From positions 1 through 64,000 of the IMG/VR virus record IMGVR_UViG_3300023181_000029: a stretch of 64,000 bases of DNA; one strand, written 5' to 3'. This DNA is from a virus. This document shows positions 38,301 to 47,627 of this stretch, piece after piece. Both the position numbers and the translations under genes were made by a program. The notes under the pieces are model-generated. The model was given only the letters and a program-made list of their open reading frames with translations. It was not told the DNA's origin and ran no database searches. Position 1 is the stretch's first letter; every line of letters starts with the position of its first letter.

Positions 38301-40937
38301 GCCGAGAAAGCCGTTGATTCTTTTATGAAAAAGAAAGGTATCAAAGTAGATACGGTATTCGGCTTAACTAAAACGCAAGCCCAAAAAATACAGAAAGACG
38401 CACTGTCTGATTTCCGTAAAGCAATGACTACAACCAATAGCGGCGTTAACCCGGAGGCTTTAAAGGCTATGGTTAAATACGGGTACGGGTTAGCAGCGGA
38501 AGGCATCATAGATTTCAAACAATGGGCTAGAAGGATGCGCTCAGATTTAGGTGTTGACTTTAAAGATGAAGACTTACTGACTGCATGGAAAGATAACGCA
38601 GATGGCAAATCTATTGAGGACAGAATAAATGACAATATTAAGGTTAAGGATATTGTTATCAACCACCTGAAAAATGGCAAGGTAGATGGGCTAAGCGATA
38701 AAATTCAATCAGAAATAGGTATTGAGAAAACGATTGCTGATGCTATCGAAACAGAAATAGGCAAAGAATTTACTGTTGCTCAAAAGCAAGAGTTAGATGT
38801 AGAGGCTAAAAAGAGTGGTAAAAGAGAGTCCATTCAGGAAGCTATAAGAAGTGGTTCTGCAAGACCAGAAGAAATAATCAATTCATTAAAGAAAGAGTTT
38901 AAGATTCCAGAAGTATCGCCAGAGGTAGTTGCCGAACTCATGGAGATGGATGCTAAAAGGCAGCAATTACCAGAAGGTAAAATACAGGACGAGCAAACTA
39001 TTAAGATGCTTGACCTCATAGCCAGCAAAACCAAAATACCAAAAGCTGACTTAATAATGTCGATATGGTATGCCTCTATACTTTCTGGCCCAGGAACACA
39101 TATGGTCAACGTTGCAGGTAACTTAGTAAACTCTACTATGGAGGGCGGTATTGACGCAATGGAGCAATTGGCTAAAGGCGACCCTACTTATTTGTTACGT
39201 TTAGCGCCATATTTATTCCAGCAAACCAATAAGGCATTCTCTGAATCTAAAGCGGTATGGACAAAAGGTTTAGATTCAAGCAGGAGTGCAGCAATGAATC
39301 AAATGCCTAACCCTTTAGAGCAAGTTAAATTCAAAGGCGGCAAAGCAAATCCATTCAATTACTATAAGTATGTTGGGCGTGGACTATCGGCAGTGGATGC
39401 TTTTTTCTATTCTATGGCTACAGATTCGCGTTCATTCCTTGAGGCAAACAGAATTGCGCGTGAAGAAGGGTTAAAGGGTCAAAAATTAGTAGACCGAACC
39501 AACGAGATACTATATAACAATAAAGAAATAGCAGAAGAAGCCGGGATACAGGCGAGAACAGAACTTGAATTAGCCAGCGAAAAAACGGGTATAAAATTTA
39601 CAGAGAACGATATTAAGCGTCGCAAGTTCGAGATACTTGAGCAGAAGCGCTTAGACAGGGTATCGAACGCTGCTAAAACGTTTGCTCAACAGGTAACCTA
39701 TAATTACACCCCTCAAGGTGTATTGGGCATGTTTGCGAAAGTATTTCAATACGCAGGTGACAATTTTAAGCCATTTAAGGCTATTATACCGTTTACCAGA
39801 ATCGTAGCTAACGTTCTTAACCAGCAGCTAGATTATACGCCATATGGGTACGCAAGGGCATTTGATAAAAGTTTAAGCGGTATATTTTTCCCAGAGGATT
39901 TTCAAATAGGTTCTACTGGTGCAAAAACCGTTGAAGAACGAAACAGAAAACTAATAAAAGCATCTATAGGATTGTCTACAATGGCGGGATTATACGCTAT
40001 GGCAGCTTATTATGACGGACTAGAAGATGACGACCCTAGAAAGAATTACTTTGACATTATTGGACGTGGGCCATCTGACCCGAATAAGAAAGGCCAACTA
40101 ATGACACAAGGGGTAAAATTCAATTCCCTTAAAATTGGTGACAAGTATATTAACTTCCAATATACCCCTCTAGGATTAATACTAGGACTAACTGGAAACT
40201 ACAGGGACGCGGTCAAGTATAAAGAGCTGGATAAAAAGGCTATCGACCAAAGATTAGCGTATGCGGCAATGAATATTCCCGGCGCTATACTTGATATGTC
40301 ATTCTTATCATCGTTATCAGACATGTTATCGTCATTAGGGCGCGAAACAAGCCCCGAAACAGCACAAAACATAGCAACTGGCATGATAGCCCGTAATGCT
40401 ACTTCTTTTGTGCCAGCAATGTTTAAACAGATAGACAAATGGTTCGACCCAACTATTTATGACGCTACAGATTTTCAGTCAGCTATCCTTAAGGAGATAC
40501 CGTTTGTTGACGACCAATCAGGACTAAAGCCTAAGCTAAATATATTAGGACAACCAATCTCAAAACAAGGTCGTTTTACTTCGCCACAGAATACAGAGCC
40601 AGTTTGGAGATTCTTAGCTAAGAAAGAGATATTCATATCAGCAGCCGGTAGAACCACAACACTAAATGGTCAAGTAATGACACCTGAGCAATACTATGAG
40701 TACGTAGAAAAATCAGGCAAAAGAAGCTACGACCAAATTGAATCAATTATTTCTGAGTTAGAATCAATGCCTAAATCAGAGGCTAAGAAGCTAATAGATA
40801 AGCTGGTTAAGAAAAACAGAAAGAAAGTCAAGGCTGAAATGGCAGGCGTACAACCAGAATCAGAAGAACAAGAAGAATCTAGCGATAACGGTTATTCTGA
40901 CGCATATTATAAAGCGTTAGAGAAAGTGTCGAAATAA
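35346..40937 (+). CDS. Large internal virion/ejection protein
   Basis: 1863 aa; Gly/Ala amphipathic segments; IIPFTRIVANV..YTP motif typical of podovirus internal proteins. Confidence 0.65.
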   Translation: MLPPPPPKRSTNNGDSGILPPPPKKKDVSDGIEPQTDGSSLSGTGQSLSPEYNSDLANQGYQWGGEPTTTVGVVSPTIGNQAETQQAVNPSTAKEIENVVYPEYSGTPKTDSPTYVWGDRELTRDQFTANISDEKTMQDILQGKQDFQIHNDPKLQEYLAKAKDKYDSDLNYMQWKEKELGIPIAVSQAENAFVKRASEVVSGALKSISIGGREVDKIWDGEKPIEDYTMFKLGKKVDEIIDIGFPELPEYKDDVLTNVAGMAGTITGLAAGGAVTRSYSLPAGISEKIAANTITAGLIPTEISSGAMIFGGTTVAAPEYEAALEATGDPDKAFKVWMANMAIGATETVPINNFLKRLNGVSGGKFANILAEGFKGSAESATQEVFQQLASNLTAQQTYDLTRELTEGLAESAMYGGLMGGVFSGAAVALQSKVDQLPPSPEKEQLQAVVQTYEEKAQEASTKDVTDINDYANTPQVQELLKQKSEVDADLQKPNPPEVKATLEQQSTQIDAQLKEAQAQGLKENIETEAAHKVADKKQIEVEQLDTALQNETLSEASKQALIGKKEALTQEVEQIRSQIPERTVVETETINTSDGTASETIGVAATNEPAGDTEAARQVKEVSAEIAPTEPTVKENVTVEPITFKTGRGSAYQLIKGENGYQTIRDKVVDAAHPDGGIQDKSERTIFIDPKDIGAATELSAQGHISSEEVDAGDKLIITRTFENGRKKVIEIPYHTEPTVGDHPLELWSDAKHLGSKITEINSPNATLEPESKLTEPVNVVSDTESNTNNVQTTEVTETEVIPPAKESDVPEGMRRRKLAERIKDSTEISQDLKDSLKPDAEFYVPKSLNATDAEVKALVDFYGLEAATESALDPQSKMTGDTRSRLMQYGIKELDKQAAKTEDPIEKNRLQDKANKIADAYTKFGTEAGQTVNSFKGWSINSGRGIVRQYEKTIEKAKQKAEEKLEPVVKKVRKAVDSGNKKAAEKAVDSFMKKKGIKVDTVFGLTKTQAQKIQKDALSDFRKAMTTTNSGVNPEALKAMVKYGYGLAAEGIIDFKQWARRMRSDLGVDFKDEDLLTAWKDNADGKSIEDRINDNIKVKDIVINHLKNGKVDGLSDKIQSEIGIEKTIADAIETEIGKEFTVAQKQELDVEAKKSGKRESIQEAIRSGSARPEEIINSLKKEFKIPEVSPEVVAELMEMDAKRQQLPEGKIQDEQTIKMLDLIASKTKIPKADLIMSIWYASILSGPGTHMVNVAGNLVNSTMEGGIDAMEQLAKGDPTYLLRLAPYLFQQTNKAFSESKAVWTKGLDSSRSAAMNQMPNPLEQVKFKGGKANPFNYYKYVGRGLSAVDAFFYSMATDSRSFLEANRIAREEGLKGQKLVDRTNEILYNNKEIAEEAGIQARTELELASEKTGIKFTENDIKRRKFEILEQKRLDRVSNAAKTFAQQVTYNYTPQGVLGMFAKVFQYAGDNFKPFKAIIPFTRIVANVLNQQLDYTPYGYARAFDKSLSGIFFPEDFQIGSTGAKTVEERNRKLIKASIGLSTMAGLYAMAAYYDGLEDDDPRKNYFDIIGRGPSDPNKKGQLMTQGVKFNSLKIGDKYINFQYTPLGLILGLTGNYRDAVKYKELDKKAIDQRLAYAAMNIPGAILDMSFLSSLSDMLSSLGRETSPETAQNIATGMIARNATSFVPAMFKQIDKWFDPTIYDATDFQSAILKEIPFVDDQSGLKPKLNILGQPISKQGRFTSPQNTEPVWRFLAKKEIFISAAGRTTTLNGQVMTPEQYYEYVEKSGKRSYDQIESIISELESMPKSEAKKLIDKLVKKNRKKVKAEMAGVQPESEEQEESSDNGYSDAYYKALEKVSK

Positions 40938-40950
40938 TTCACATACATTT

Positions 40951-40992
40951 TGCAAAATAATTTTGCACTTTTAAATATTCCGCATATCTTTA
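40951..40992 (+). promoter_or_regulatory. Promoter with perfect TGCAAAAT-A-ATTTTGCA palindrome
   Basis: Palindrome 40951..40967; TATCTTTA 40985..40992; ATG 4 nt later. Confidence 0.7.
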
Positions 40993-40996
40993 CGAT

Positions 40997-41464
40997 ATGG
41001 CTATTACTACCACTCGTAACGTAACAGGAATAAGCACTATCCCATTAGGTACTGCTAAAGCTGGAACCGTGACGGGCGAAACAGTAGGCGGCAGATTCTA
41101 CCTACGTGGCACTGGAACTGATTTTAATTCATTTCTAAGTATAGCCCGTGATAACGATTACATTTTTGTTGAGTCTGATTACTTGCTATTTCAGGTAAAA
41201 TCCGTATTCAAAGACGTTATCGAGGTAGACCAAGACCCTACAGCAGTAAGTGGGGCAACATTCACATACGTATATGCTAATCTAGCAAGCTACACTTGCA
41301 CAAATCAAGGTTCAGCCGATGCTGACTTTGATGGAGCCGTAATGGAAGCGGGAGTAACGGAACAAGACGAAAGGACTGACTACAATCAAGTAAGGCAATC
41401 ACTTTGCCAAGCTGTTAAGATTGATGGTAGTGGTACTGACTTGTTAATCCGCGAAAGCCTGTAA
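40997..41464 (+). CDS. Putative tail fibre adaptor
   Basis: GTVT..LRGTGTDF fibre-type motif. Confidence 0.5.
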   Translation: MAITTTRNVTGISTIPLGTAKAGTVTGETVGGRFYLRGTGTDFNSFLSIARDNDYIFVESDYLLFQVKSVFKDVIEVDQDPTAVSGATFTYVYANLASYTCTNQGSADADFDGAVMEAGVTEQDERTDYNQVRQSLCQAVKIDGSGTDLLIRESL

Positions 41465-41719
41465 ATGAGTGTAAGAAGTTCAATCTCTAAAAGTTCAGGT
41501 GGTGGTGGCGGTCTCCCAACAGGCGGCGAACCAAACGATATTCTATCAATAGACGAGAACGGCGACCCGATTTGGCTATCCTATGTTCCGATTGGTAGCG
41601 ACTGGCGTTTACGCGAAACCGACGTATCTGATGCAGAAGGCGCAGGCAACCTAATCACAGAGAACAATAATCCCGGCGACTGGACTGAAAAATCTATTGA
41701 CTACAAGATTGAACCATAG
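41465..41719 (+). CDS. Small fibre-associated protein
   Basis: GGGGGLPTGG..DILS..W fibre-type motif. Confidence 0.5.
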   Translation: MSVRSSISKSSGGGGGLPTGGEPNDILSIDENGDPIWLSYVPIGSDWRLRETDVSDAEGAGNLITENNNPGDWTEKSIDYKIEP

Positions 41720-41726
41720 TTAACAT

Positions 41727-41744
41727 CCCTTCTTAGGGCTTTTT
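41727..41744 (+). terminator. Weak terminator-like hairpin
   Basis: CCCT-TCTT-AGGG followed by CTTTTT. Confidence 0.3.
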
Positions 41745-41749
41745 AAAAA

Positions 41750-43441
41750 ATGAAACACATTAAAACTAGCCTTATATTATACCTAGTGTTAGGTATATTC
41801 GTTGCTCATTCCCAAAACGTACCACCGGGCACACAATCAGCTTGGTCATATGACATATCAGGAAACACTACTACTGGCGTAGGGACATACATGGGCAACA
41901 GAACTTATAATGTCAACGGCATGGTTGGCTGGAAAAACCTTGTACAAAGCGCACCGACTACACCGACAGACAGTAATGGATTATTTTTGTCAAAAGACAC
42001 TAGCTACCTTTGGAGTAATAATATATGGCGCATACTGGGGCCAAGTGTGAGCATCGGTTGCTTAGCGGGTACCGGAACGCGGGTAGTTACGACGAATGCT
42101 ACAGGTGGGCTGGGGTTTAATAAATTAGAGAATATGGCTTGGGGGTTAACAGGCAACGACGGTACAGACCCTACCATTAATTTTATAGGAACCACTGACG
42201 CAGTGGATTTTGTCTTTAAAGCAGACAATACGGATTTCGGTCGGGTTACAAGCATGGGCAGCTGGCAGTTTGGGCAAGACAATGATGTGTCAGGCATTTC
42301 TACTTCTATGGCTATAGGAAATGGAGATACCGTATTGGGTAGGGCTTCTGTAGCAACCGGAACGGGGCTATATCTGAATGACATTTACACTTACGCCACG
42401 GGTGAATACAATGAACGCAATGTGCCTAATTTACTTTGGGCGCTAGGTAATGGAACGACCTTTGACGACGCGTCGCGTAAAAACGCCATTACAGTACTAA
42501 AAAATGGAAACGTAGGCATAGGCACATCAACGCCAAATTATAAATTAGATATACAAGGAGATTTAGGCGTTTACGCTAGTTTGGCGGGGGATGAAACAAG
42601 TGTAGTTGTTGTTCCTGGGAGAAGTGAAACACAAATTACCACCTCGCTAGGTGGGTTAAGTTTATTTCAACAAACAGAAGGATTGCAATTTACTGGTTCT
42701 GGGGATGTCATTTTGCAATACTCTGTCGGTAATGGTAACGTAGGCATAGGGATGTCTAGTCCGCTAGCCAAACTTGATGTAACGGGCACATTCAGACAAC
42801 AGTTTGATAACGGCACCACTACAGCAGTAATTACTAATGATGGTAATAATATAAGGCTTACTACTTCTAACAACACATCGGGTGAGCGTACAATATTAAA
42901 CGTGTATTCTGACGGGATTGGACTTGATTATGACCAAGATAACACCGGAACGCTTACGCAATCTATATTAGCTAATTCTAGTGGATTGTTGTTAAATAGC
43001 GGTTCCAATGATAAAAATGTAGGTATAGGTACGACCACACCGATAACAAAACTAGATGTAGCAGGAATTGTTGGAAACGAGGGTTTGCGATTTAAAAGCA
43101 CTAACTATGGTACGGATAGCGTAGAATTAGAACCACAAGTATATGGATGCGGTTGTGATTGGGACACTTATAAGTCATTAGCTTTTACTGACTATAATAA
43201 TGACGAAGTAGTATTATCAGTGCCGTATCTAAGTAACGGGGGTGGTGCGTATCTAGGATTAAGCGATAACGTAGGTATTGGAACAACAACCCCTGCCAGT
43301 AAATTAACCGTAACCGATGGGGACGTGTATATAACTGACATTGGTAGCGGCGTAATAACTAAAGACGATGATGGCTTTTGCTGGCGTTGTCGCGCGTCTA
43401 CCGTAGGAGCATTTGAATGCGTAAGTATAACCTGTCCATAA
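41750..43441 (+). CDS. Fibre-like protein with Sec signal peptide and NVGIG repeats
   Basis: [21 protein letters not shown]|Q; four NVGIGxxxP..KL repeats; Cys-containing C-terminus. Confidence 0.75.
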   Translation: MKHIKTSLILYLVLGIFVAHSQNVPPGTQSAWSYDISGNTTTGVGTYMGNRTYNVNGMVGWKNLVQSAPTTPTDSNGLFLSKDTSYLWSNNIWRILGPSVSIGCLAGTGTRVVTTNATGGLGFNKLENMAWGLTGNDGTDPTINFIGTTDAVDFVFKADNTDFGRVTSMGSWQFGQDNDVSGISTSMAIGNGDTVLGRASVATGTGLYLNDIYTYATGEYNERNVPNLLWALGNGTTFDDASRKNAITVLKNGNVGIGTSTPNYKLDIQGDLGVYASLAGDETSVVVVPGRSETQITTSLGGLSLFQQTEGLQFTGSGDVILQYSVGNGNVGIGMSSPLAKLDVTGTFRQQFDNGTTTAVITNDGNNIRLTTSNNTSGERTILNVYSDGIGLDYDQDNTGTLTQSILANSSGLLLNSGSNDKNVGIGTTTPITKLDVAGIVGNEGLRFKSTNYGTDSVELEPQVYGCGCDWDTYKSLAFTDYNNDEVVLSVPYLSNGGGAYLGLSDNVGIGTTTPASKLTVTDGDVYITDIGSGVITKDDDGFCWRCRASTVGAFECVSITCP

Positions 43442-43451
43442 ATTAAGAACC

Positions 43452-44600
43452 ATGAAACGTGTATTGCTTGCGCTTTTGTTCCTGATGCCTTTTGCGGCTT
43501 TCGCACAAGGCACACTAGCCTACCCGCTCGTAGATATTTTGAAGCTAAAGCGTGTCGCAATAGATGGCTTTTCCGGTGACAGTACCATGTATTTAAACGC
43601 CCCAAAGACACGGGTAAACAACTTCCAGATACATATAGGTTCAGCGTGTGCCGGCTGCATATTGCTAGGTACTGATAATAACGGTAATGTTGTTTGGGCG
43701 GCTCCATCGACTATGGATATAAGCGCATTTAATAACGATGCCAGTTATATGTCATACAACGACACTGTACCGATGGGTAAGGTGATGACAAGGAGTTCAG
43801 CAGAAAACTCAATAGGCATTCTTGAAGATAGTATAGCGGCATTGCGTAATTCAATAAACACTATAAGCCTTACGCCCGGCGCAACCGGTTCTACCGGCGC
43901 TACAGGATTGCAAGGCGCTACAGGTTCTAACGGGCTTACCGGAGCCACCGGAACGGCCGGAGTAACTGGTAGTACCGGAACCGTTGGAGCCACGGGCGCA
44001 ACCGGTGTTATAGGCATAACGGGCAGTACAGGCTTAACAGGCAGTATAGGGGCTACAGGTTTGCAAGGTAGCACCGGCGCGACTGGTAGCACGGGTAGCA
44101 CTGGCCTCACCGGAGCCAATGGCGTAACAGGCATTACGGGCGCTACCGGCCTCGCTGGTACTACTGGGGCGACTGGAAGTACCGGCACAGCGGGCACAAA
44201 CGGAACGAATGGGGCTACGGGTGCGACAGGAGCCACGGGTGGAACTGATGGCACATATACACCAACGTTCACCCCTGTAACGAACATTCTTAGTGGTAGT
44301 ATTACGGGGACGCTAGCAATGTACACCCGCATAGGTAATACAGTGGAGGTATCAGGTACATTCACCTGTACGCCTACATTGATAGGTAATACCACGTTCA
44401 CTATATCATTACCTGTAGCCTCCAATATGACGGTATCGTATGACCTATCGGGTCAATATGCAAGTGCTAATCTTGTAAGTGTTGGCAACGTTGGCATTAC
44501 TGGCAATCCAACTACTGACTTAGCAACAGTATCTTTTAGTTCCTTGCTGGCATTAGGCACCGCTACCGTTCCGTATAACTTCACATATCGAGTTAAATAA
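43452..44600 (+). CDS. Collagen-like protein with Sec signal peptide
   Basis: [18 protein letters not shown]|Q; about 40 Gly-X-Y triplets, mostly G-X-T; beta C-terminal head. Confidence 0.85.
   Translation: MKRVLLALLFLMPFAAFAQGTLAYPLVDILKLKRVAIDGFSGDSTMYLNAPKTRVNNFQIHIGSACAGCILLGTDNNGNVVWAAPSTMDISAFNNDASYMSYNDTVPMGKVMTRSSAENSIGILEDSIAALRNSINTISLTPGATGSTGATGLQGATGSNGLTGATGTAGVTGSTGTVGATGATGVIGITGSTGLTGSIGATGLQGSTGATGSTGSTGLTGANGVTGITGATGLAGTTGATGSTGTAGTNGTNGATGATGATGGTDGTYTPTFTPVTNILSGSITGTLAMYTRIGNTVEVSGTFTCTPTLIGNTTFTISLPVASNMTVSYDLSGQYASANLVSVGNVGITGNPTTDLATVSFSSLLALGTATVPYNFTYRVK
43878..44237 (+). repeat. Collagen Gly-X-Thr coding repeat
   Basis: 40 consecutive triplets. Confidence 0.9.
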
Positions 44601-44601
44601 C

Positions 44602-44862
44602 ATGAAACTACTATCTGTACTATTCTTATTGCTGCCGGCAGCGCTGTTTGCACAATGTTCAAGTGGTGGTGGACACGACTTAGCGGGCATCTTATCCATA
44701 ACCGATGAGCCATGTGAGCAGCAGGTGACAGAAACAAAAGACAGCATCGTAGTAGTACAAAGGTACTGCCTGATGCAAACTGGTGAGTGTATTAAATGCC
44801 ATCAAGTAATCACACAGCCAAGGAAAGAACAGTATAGGTACGCATTTAAACGGAAGGAATAA
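44602..44862 (+). CDS. Small secreted Cys-rich protein
   Basis: MKLLSVLFLLLPAALFA|Q; C..C..CxxC. Confidence 0.7.
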   Translation: MKLLSVLFLLLPAALFAQCSSGGGHDLAGILSITDEPCEQQVTETKDSIVVVQRYCLMQTGECIKCHQVITQPRKEQYRYAFKRKE

Positions 44863-44875
44863 GTATATTTAGCAA

Positions 44876-44983
44876 ATGAAAAAGATAATAAAAGCCATAG
44901 CGTTTATTTTCCCTACTACAATATGCTACCCTTTGTTTCATCCATATATTGAACCTGTAACACGGTACGAATTTAAAAAGTAA
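44876..44983 (+). CDS. 35-aa peptide ahead of endolysin (not in ORF track)
   Basis: MKKIIKAIAFIFPTTICYPLFHPYIEPVTRYEFKK*; TATATTTA box 44864..44871. Confidence 0.45.
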   Translation: MKKIIKAIAFIFPTTICYPLFHPYIEPVTRYEFKK

Positions 44984-44985
44984 TA

Positions 44986-45459
44986 ATGGATAAGGTAACA
45001 CTAGATAGAATCCAATTGCTTCACCCCAAATTGCGGGTTGAGGCTTTGGCTATTTATACTGAAATATGCGCTGCATTAACAGGTACCGTTATTTGCCGCT
45101 TTACCCATACGCTTAGGACGATAAAGGAGCAAAACGACTTGTACGCTATTGGGCGCACTAAGCCGGGTAAAATTGTGACTAATGCTAAAGGCGGCACATC
45201 GTACCATAACTACGGACTGGCGATAGATATTTGCTTAATTATCAACGGCAAAGAAGCATCATGGGACACAGTTAAGGATTTTGATGCTGATGGAACTGCT
45301 GATTGGATGGAAATAGTACTTATATTTAAGAAGCATGGTTTTGAGTGGGGCGGTGACTGGAAGTTTAAAGACTATCCGCATTTCCAAAAGACTTTCGGAT
45401 TAACTATAAAGCAATGTCAGGCTTTGGTAACTAAAGAACCTTATATACAGATAGTATGA
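44986..45459 (+). CDS. Endolysin, peptidase M15 (L-Ala-D-Glu type)
   Basis: RTxxEQxxLY, SYHNYGLAID, WGGDW, DYPHFQ. Confidence 0.92.
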   Translation: MDKVTLDRIQLLHPKLRVEALAIYTEICAALTGTVICRFTHTLRTIKEQNDLYAIGRTKPGKIVTNAKGGTSYHNYGLAIDICLIINGKEASWDTVKDFDADGTADWMEIVLIFKKHGFEWGGDWKFKDYPHFQKTFGLTIKQCQALVTKEPYIQIV

Positions 45460-45662
45460 GCATAAAGAAACCTAAAAGTTGGAGAACGACAGTTTTAGGC
45501 TGTATAGGAGCCGTTATAATGGCTGCGGTTCCGTTTTTACAGCAAGACAGCTTTGAAATTTCAAAGGATTGGAAGTATCTTGCCGCTGCTGTATTAATAG
45601 CCCTTTATGGTGCTGTGTCAAAAGACGCTCAGGTATCTGGAAATGGAACTAAGCCGCAATAA
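45456..45662 (+). CDS. Holin (2 TM)
   Basis: SWRTT..G, two TM helices, SKD end; adjacent to endolysin. Confidence 0.7.
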   Translation: MSIKKPKSWRTTVLGCIGAVIMAAVPFLQQDSFEISKDWKYLAAAVLIALYGAVSKDAQVSGNGTKPQ

Positions 45663-46197
45663 CGATAGAGTGGTAAAGATAGCTATGTGGGTTTTACGGC
45701 AATATAACATGACAGAAATAATCTGTGCGGAAAATCTTCAATATCTGCTAAAGAATACTATACTGGTGTCTATTGGGTTCTTTGCTATCGTGGAACTAAT
45801 AATAGATTATCCTGTACGGCTTATGGCTGTATTTGTTATATTGGGTATATTTTGCGACCTAACTTGTGGAATATGGGCGAATTGCTGGAAGGGTGACGAA
45901 AAAATTAGCCCTAAGAAAATAGCAACCTCGATAGGCTATGGAATATACCTAATATCACTGATAGTGCTGCTTTCTTACTTCAAATACATCATTAGCGTGG
46001 TGGAACTGAAATGGGGACACGATTTGTTAGTATTCAGCGTAGACGCGCTTTTTATAACGAGTATTAGTATTTTTTTTATATCCCTTGTATTAAACATAGT
46101 ATCAAATGGCGCAAAAGTTGGAGTATATGGGTGTAGAAGGCTTGCTAAAGTACTAAAATTGAAATTAGACCGAATAAGTGATGACAACGGTAATTAA
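45607..46197 (+). CDS. Multi-TM holin-like membrane protein (start uncertain)
   Basis: Four hydrophobic segments, DLTCGIW motif. Confidence 0.55.
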   Translation: MVLCQKTLRYLEMELSRNNDRVVKIAMWVLRQYNMTEIICAENLQYLLKNTILVSIGFFAIVELIIDYPVRLMAVFVILGIFCDLTCGIWANCWKGDEKISPKKIATSIGYGIYLISLIVLLSYFKYIISVVELKWGHDLLVFSVDALFITSISIFFISLVLNIVSNGAKVGVYGCRRLAKVLKLKLDRISDDNGN

Positions 46198-46339
46198 TAC
46201 ATTTTTTGCTCTTTCGCTACTAGGCATAGGTGTGGTGGCTTGTGCGCCTGCTTTCCTTTATGGCAAAAAGCGCCTACAGCCGATGTGGCTGGAGATTAAG
46301 CATTTTGTGATGTCGTTGTTTTATCGAACGCATCCATAA
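46181..46339 (+). CDS. Small membrane or lipoprotein-like peptide, 52 aa
   Basis: MTTVINTFFALSLLGIGVVACAP...; possible lipobox, no basic n-region. Confidence 0.4.
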   Translation: MTTVINTFFALSLLGIGVVACAPAFLYGKKRLQPMWLEIKHFVMSLFYRTHP

Positions 46340-46367
46340 ATCAGAGTGTATTTTTATCGGTCATAGG

Positions 46368-46571
46368 TTATTTATCTTTGTGCCAGTCATATATTTCGCC
46401 ATCTGCGCTTCGGTAGGCGAAGTCGCCAGTGAAGTCATCCAAAAAGTAGTAGCTCAAAGCAACAAAGAAATCTTTAATTGCTGGCGTCATTTCGGAATCT
46501 GGAATGCTTAAAGCCTTATTCTGCAATACACGGTACCTTAATGCTTGCTCTGTTTTTATTTCTGTGCTCAT
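46368..46571 (-). CDS. Hypothetical protein
   Basis: ATGA overlap. Confidence 0.6.
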   Translation of the reverse strand: MSTEIKTEQALRYRVLQNKALSIPDSEMTPAIKDFFVALSYYFLDDFTGDFAYRSADGEIYDWHKDK

Positions 46572-46660
46572 ACTGTAGGGGTTAATTCGGTTGGGGTGTT
46601 AGATTGAAGCATAGTGGACGCAATAGCTTCCCAATAATCATAACCTTGCTCGGTTTCAGC
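46564..46660. repeat. Inverted repeat partner of 1..97
   Basis: Exact reverse complement. Confidence 0.95.
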
Positions 46661-46807
46661 CCATCCAAATGCAGATTTTAACGCCAAATAAAACGTACTA
46701 TACGACATTAGGTTACTATGCTTATCATCGCTATCTAGCCCGTAATAATATAATGCCTGCTCCCTTATAGGCTCTGGCAATCTATCTAACCATTGTGCTA
46801 TTGTCAT
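46568..46807 (-). CDS. Hypothetical protein, paralogue of 59887..60099
   Basis: LPEPxRxQAL..AFxW..(Y/F)DYW shared. Confidence 0.75.
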   Translation of the reverse strand: MTIAQWLDRLPEPIREQALYYYGLDSDDKHSNLMSYSTFYLALKSAFGWAETEQGYDYWEAIASTMLQSNTPTELTPTV

Positions 46808-47028
46808 TTCTTGGTGGTTTCAAGTTCAATTATAAAATCAGGCTTGCTTAGCTGTAGGGTGTAGCCGTAGTGGTTGAATAGCTTTACCATGTCGGGGAAC
46901 TTAGGTACCCATAAGCCTTTCTCATACTTGCGGTAGGCTACCGTGGATACCCCCATGCCTGATGCTGCTTCGCTTTGTTTTTGCTTGTGTAGCTTACGAT
47001 AGTGGGTTAATAGTTCGGGTGTGGTCAT
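46804..47028 (-). CDS. XRE-family HTH regulator
   Basis: QSEAASGMGVSTVAYRKYEKG..P. Confidence 0.85.
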   Translation of the reverse strand: MTTPELLTHYRKLHKQKQSEAASGMGVSTVAYRKYEKGLWVPKFPDMVKLFNHYGYTLQLSKPDFIIELETTKK

Positions 47029-47091
47029 TTTAGTAATAATAATCCCTTAAATGCGCAGGAAATACGTTTCCAATAATTTCGCTTTCAAATT

Positions 47092-47319
47092 TCATAATAC
47101 TCTGTTTATTTCCTTTAGAAAGGCATTCCATTCAGACATGTTGCCAATGGTTCCAGTGCAAGCCATACGTTCTATGTGTTCAGCTAAAAGAGGGTATTTT
47201 TCAAATGGCTGCTTATTTGCTTCTTCTGCCCCTTTTACTTCCCACCCAACACCAAAAATAGCATCCATTAACTTTTGCTCCTGTGGTGTATATCCATTCT
47301 TATTTGTCTCGGTGCTCAT
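47092..47319 (-). CDS. Hypothetical protein
   Basis: ORF in minus operon. Confidence 0.6.
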   Translation of the reverse strand: MSTETNKNGYTPQEQKLMDAIFGVGWEVKGAEEANKQPFEKYPLLAEHIERMACTGTIGNMSEWNAFLKEINRVL

Positions 47320-47336
47320 ATCTATGAGGTTTTAGT

Positions 47337-47627
47337 CTATCCATTAGTTAATAATACTCTACAATTGTTAACCGCCACTTCAAAGTCAGAGGTTATATCG
47401 TAGCGGCTTGATTGCAACATTACCTCAACCGCTTCGCTACCTGTAGAGCATGGGTTAAATTCCCATCCCAAGTTGTTTTCATAGAAATTATACCCGCGCT
47501 GCTTCTCTTTACTGTCAATCCAGCAGACGGCTATTGTTTCATGCTCTTTTTTGTCAAGAATAAAATACTTGGCGTTTACTTTAAGCCATTCAAGGGTTAA
47601 TATTCTTTCTTCTGTTTCTGGTGTCAT
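47337..47627 (-). CDS. Hypothetical protein
   Basis: ORF in minus operon. Confidence 0.6.
   Translation of the reverse strand: MTPETEERILTLEWLKVNAKYFILDKKEHETIAVCWIDSKEKQRGYNFYENNLGWEFNPCSTGSEAVEVMLQSSRYDITSDFEVAVNNCRVLLTNG

Noticed and set aside
35346-40937. Virion RNA polymerase
   Set aside because: No DxDxD-type catalytic motif recognised; sequence fits an ejection protein
43745-44425. 226-aa minus-strand PV-rich ORF
   Set aside because: Antisense shadow of the collagen repeat
7391-46197. Stop-codon reassignment as in some crAss-like phages
   Set aside because: Long genes are intact under the standard code, and TAG and TGA both end genes
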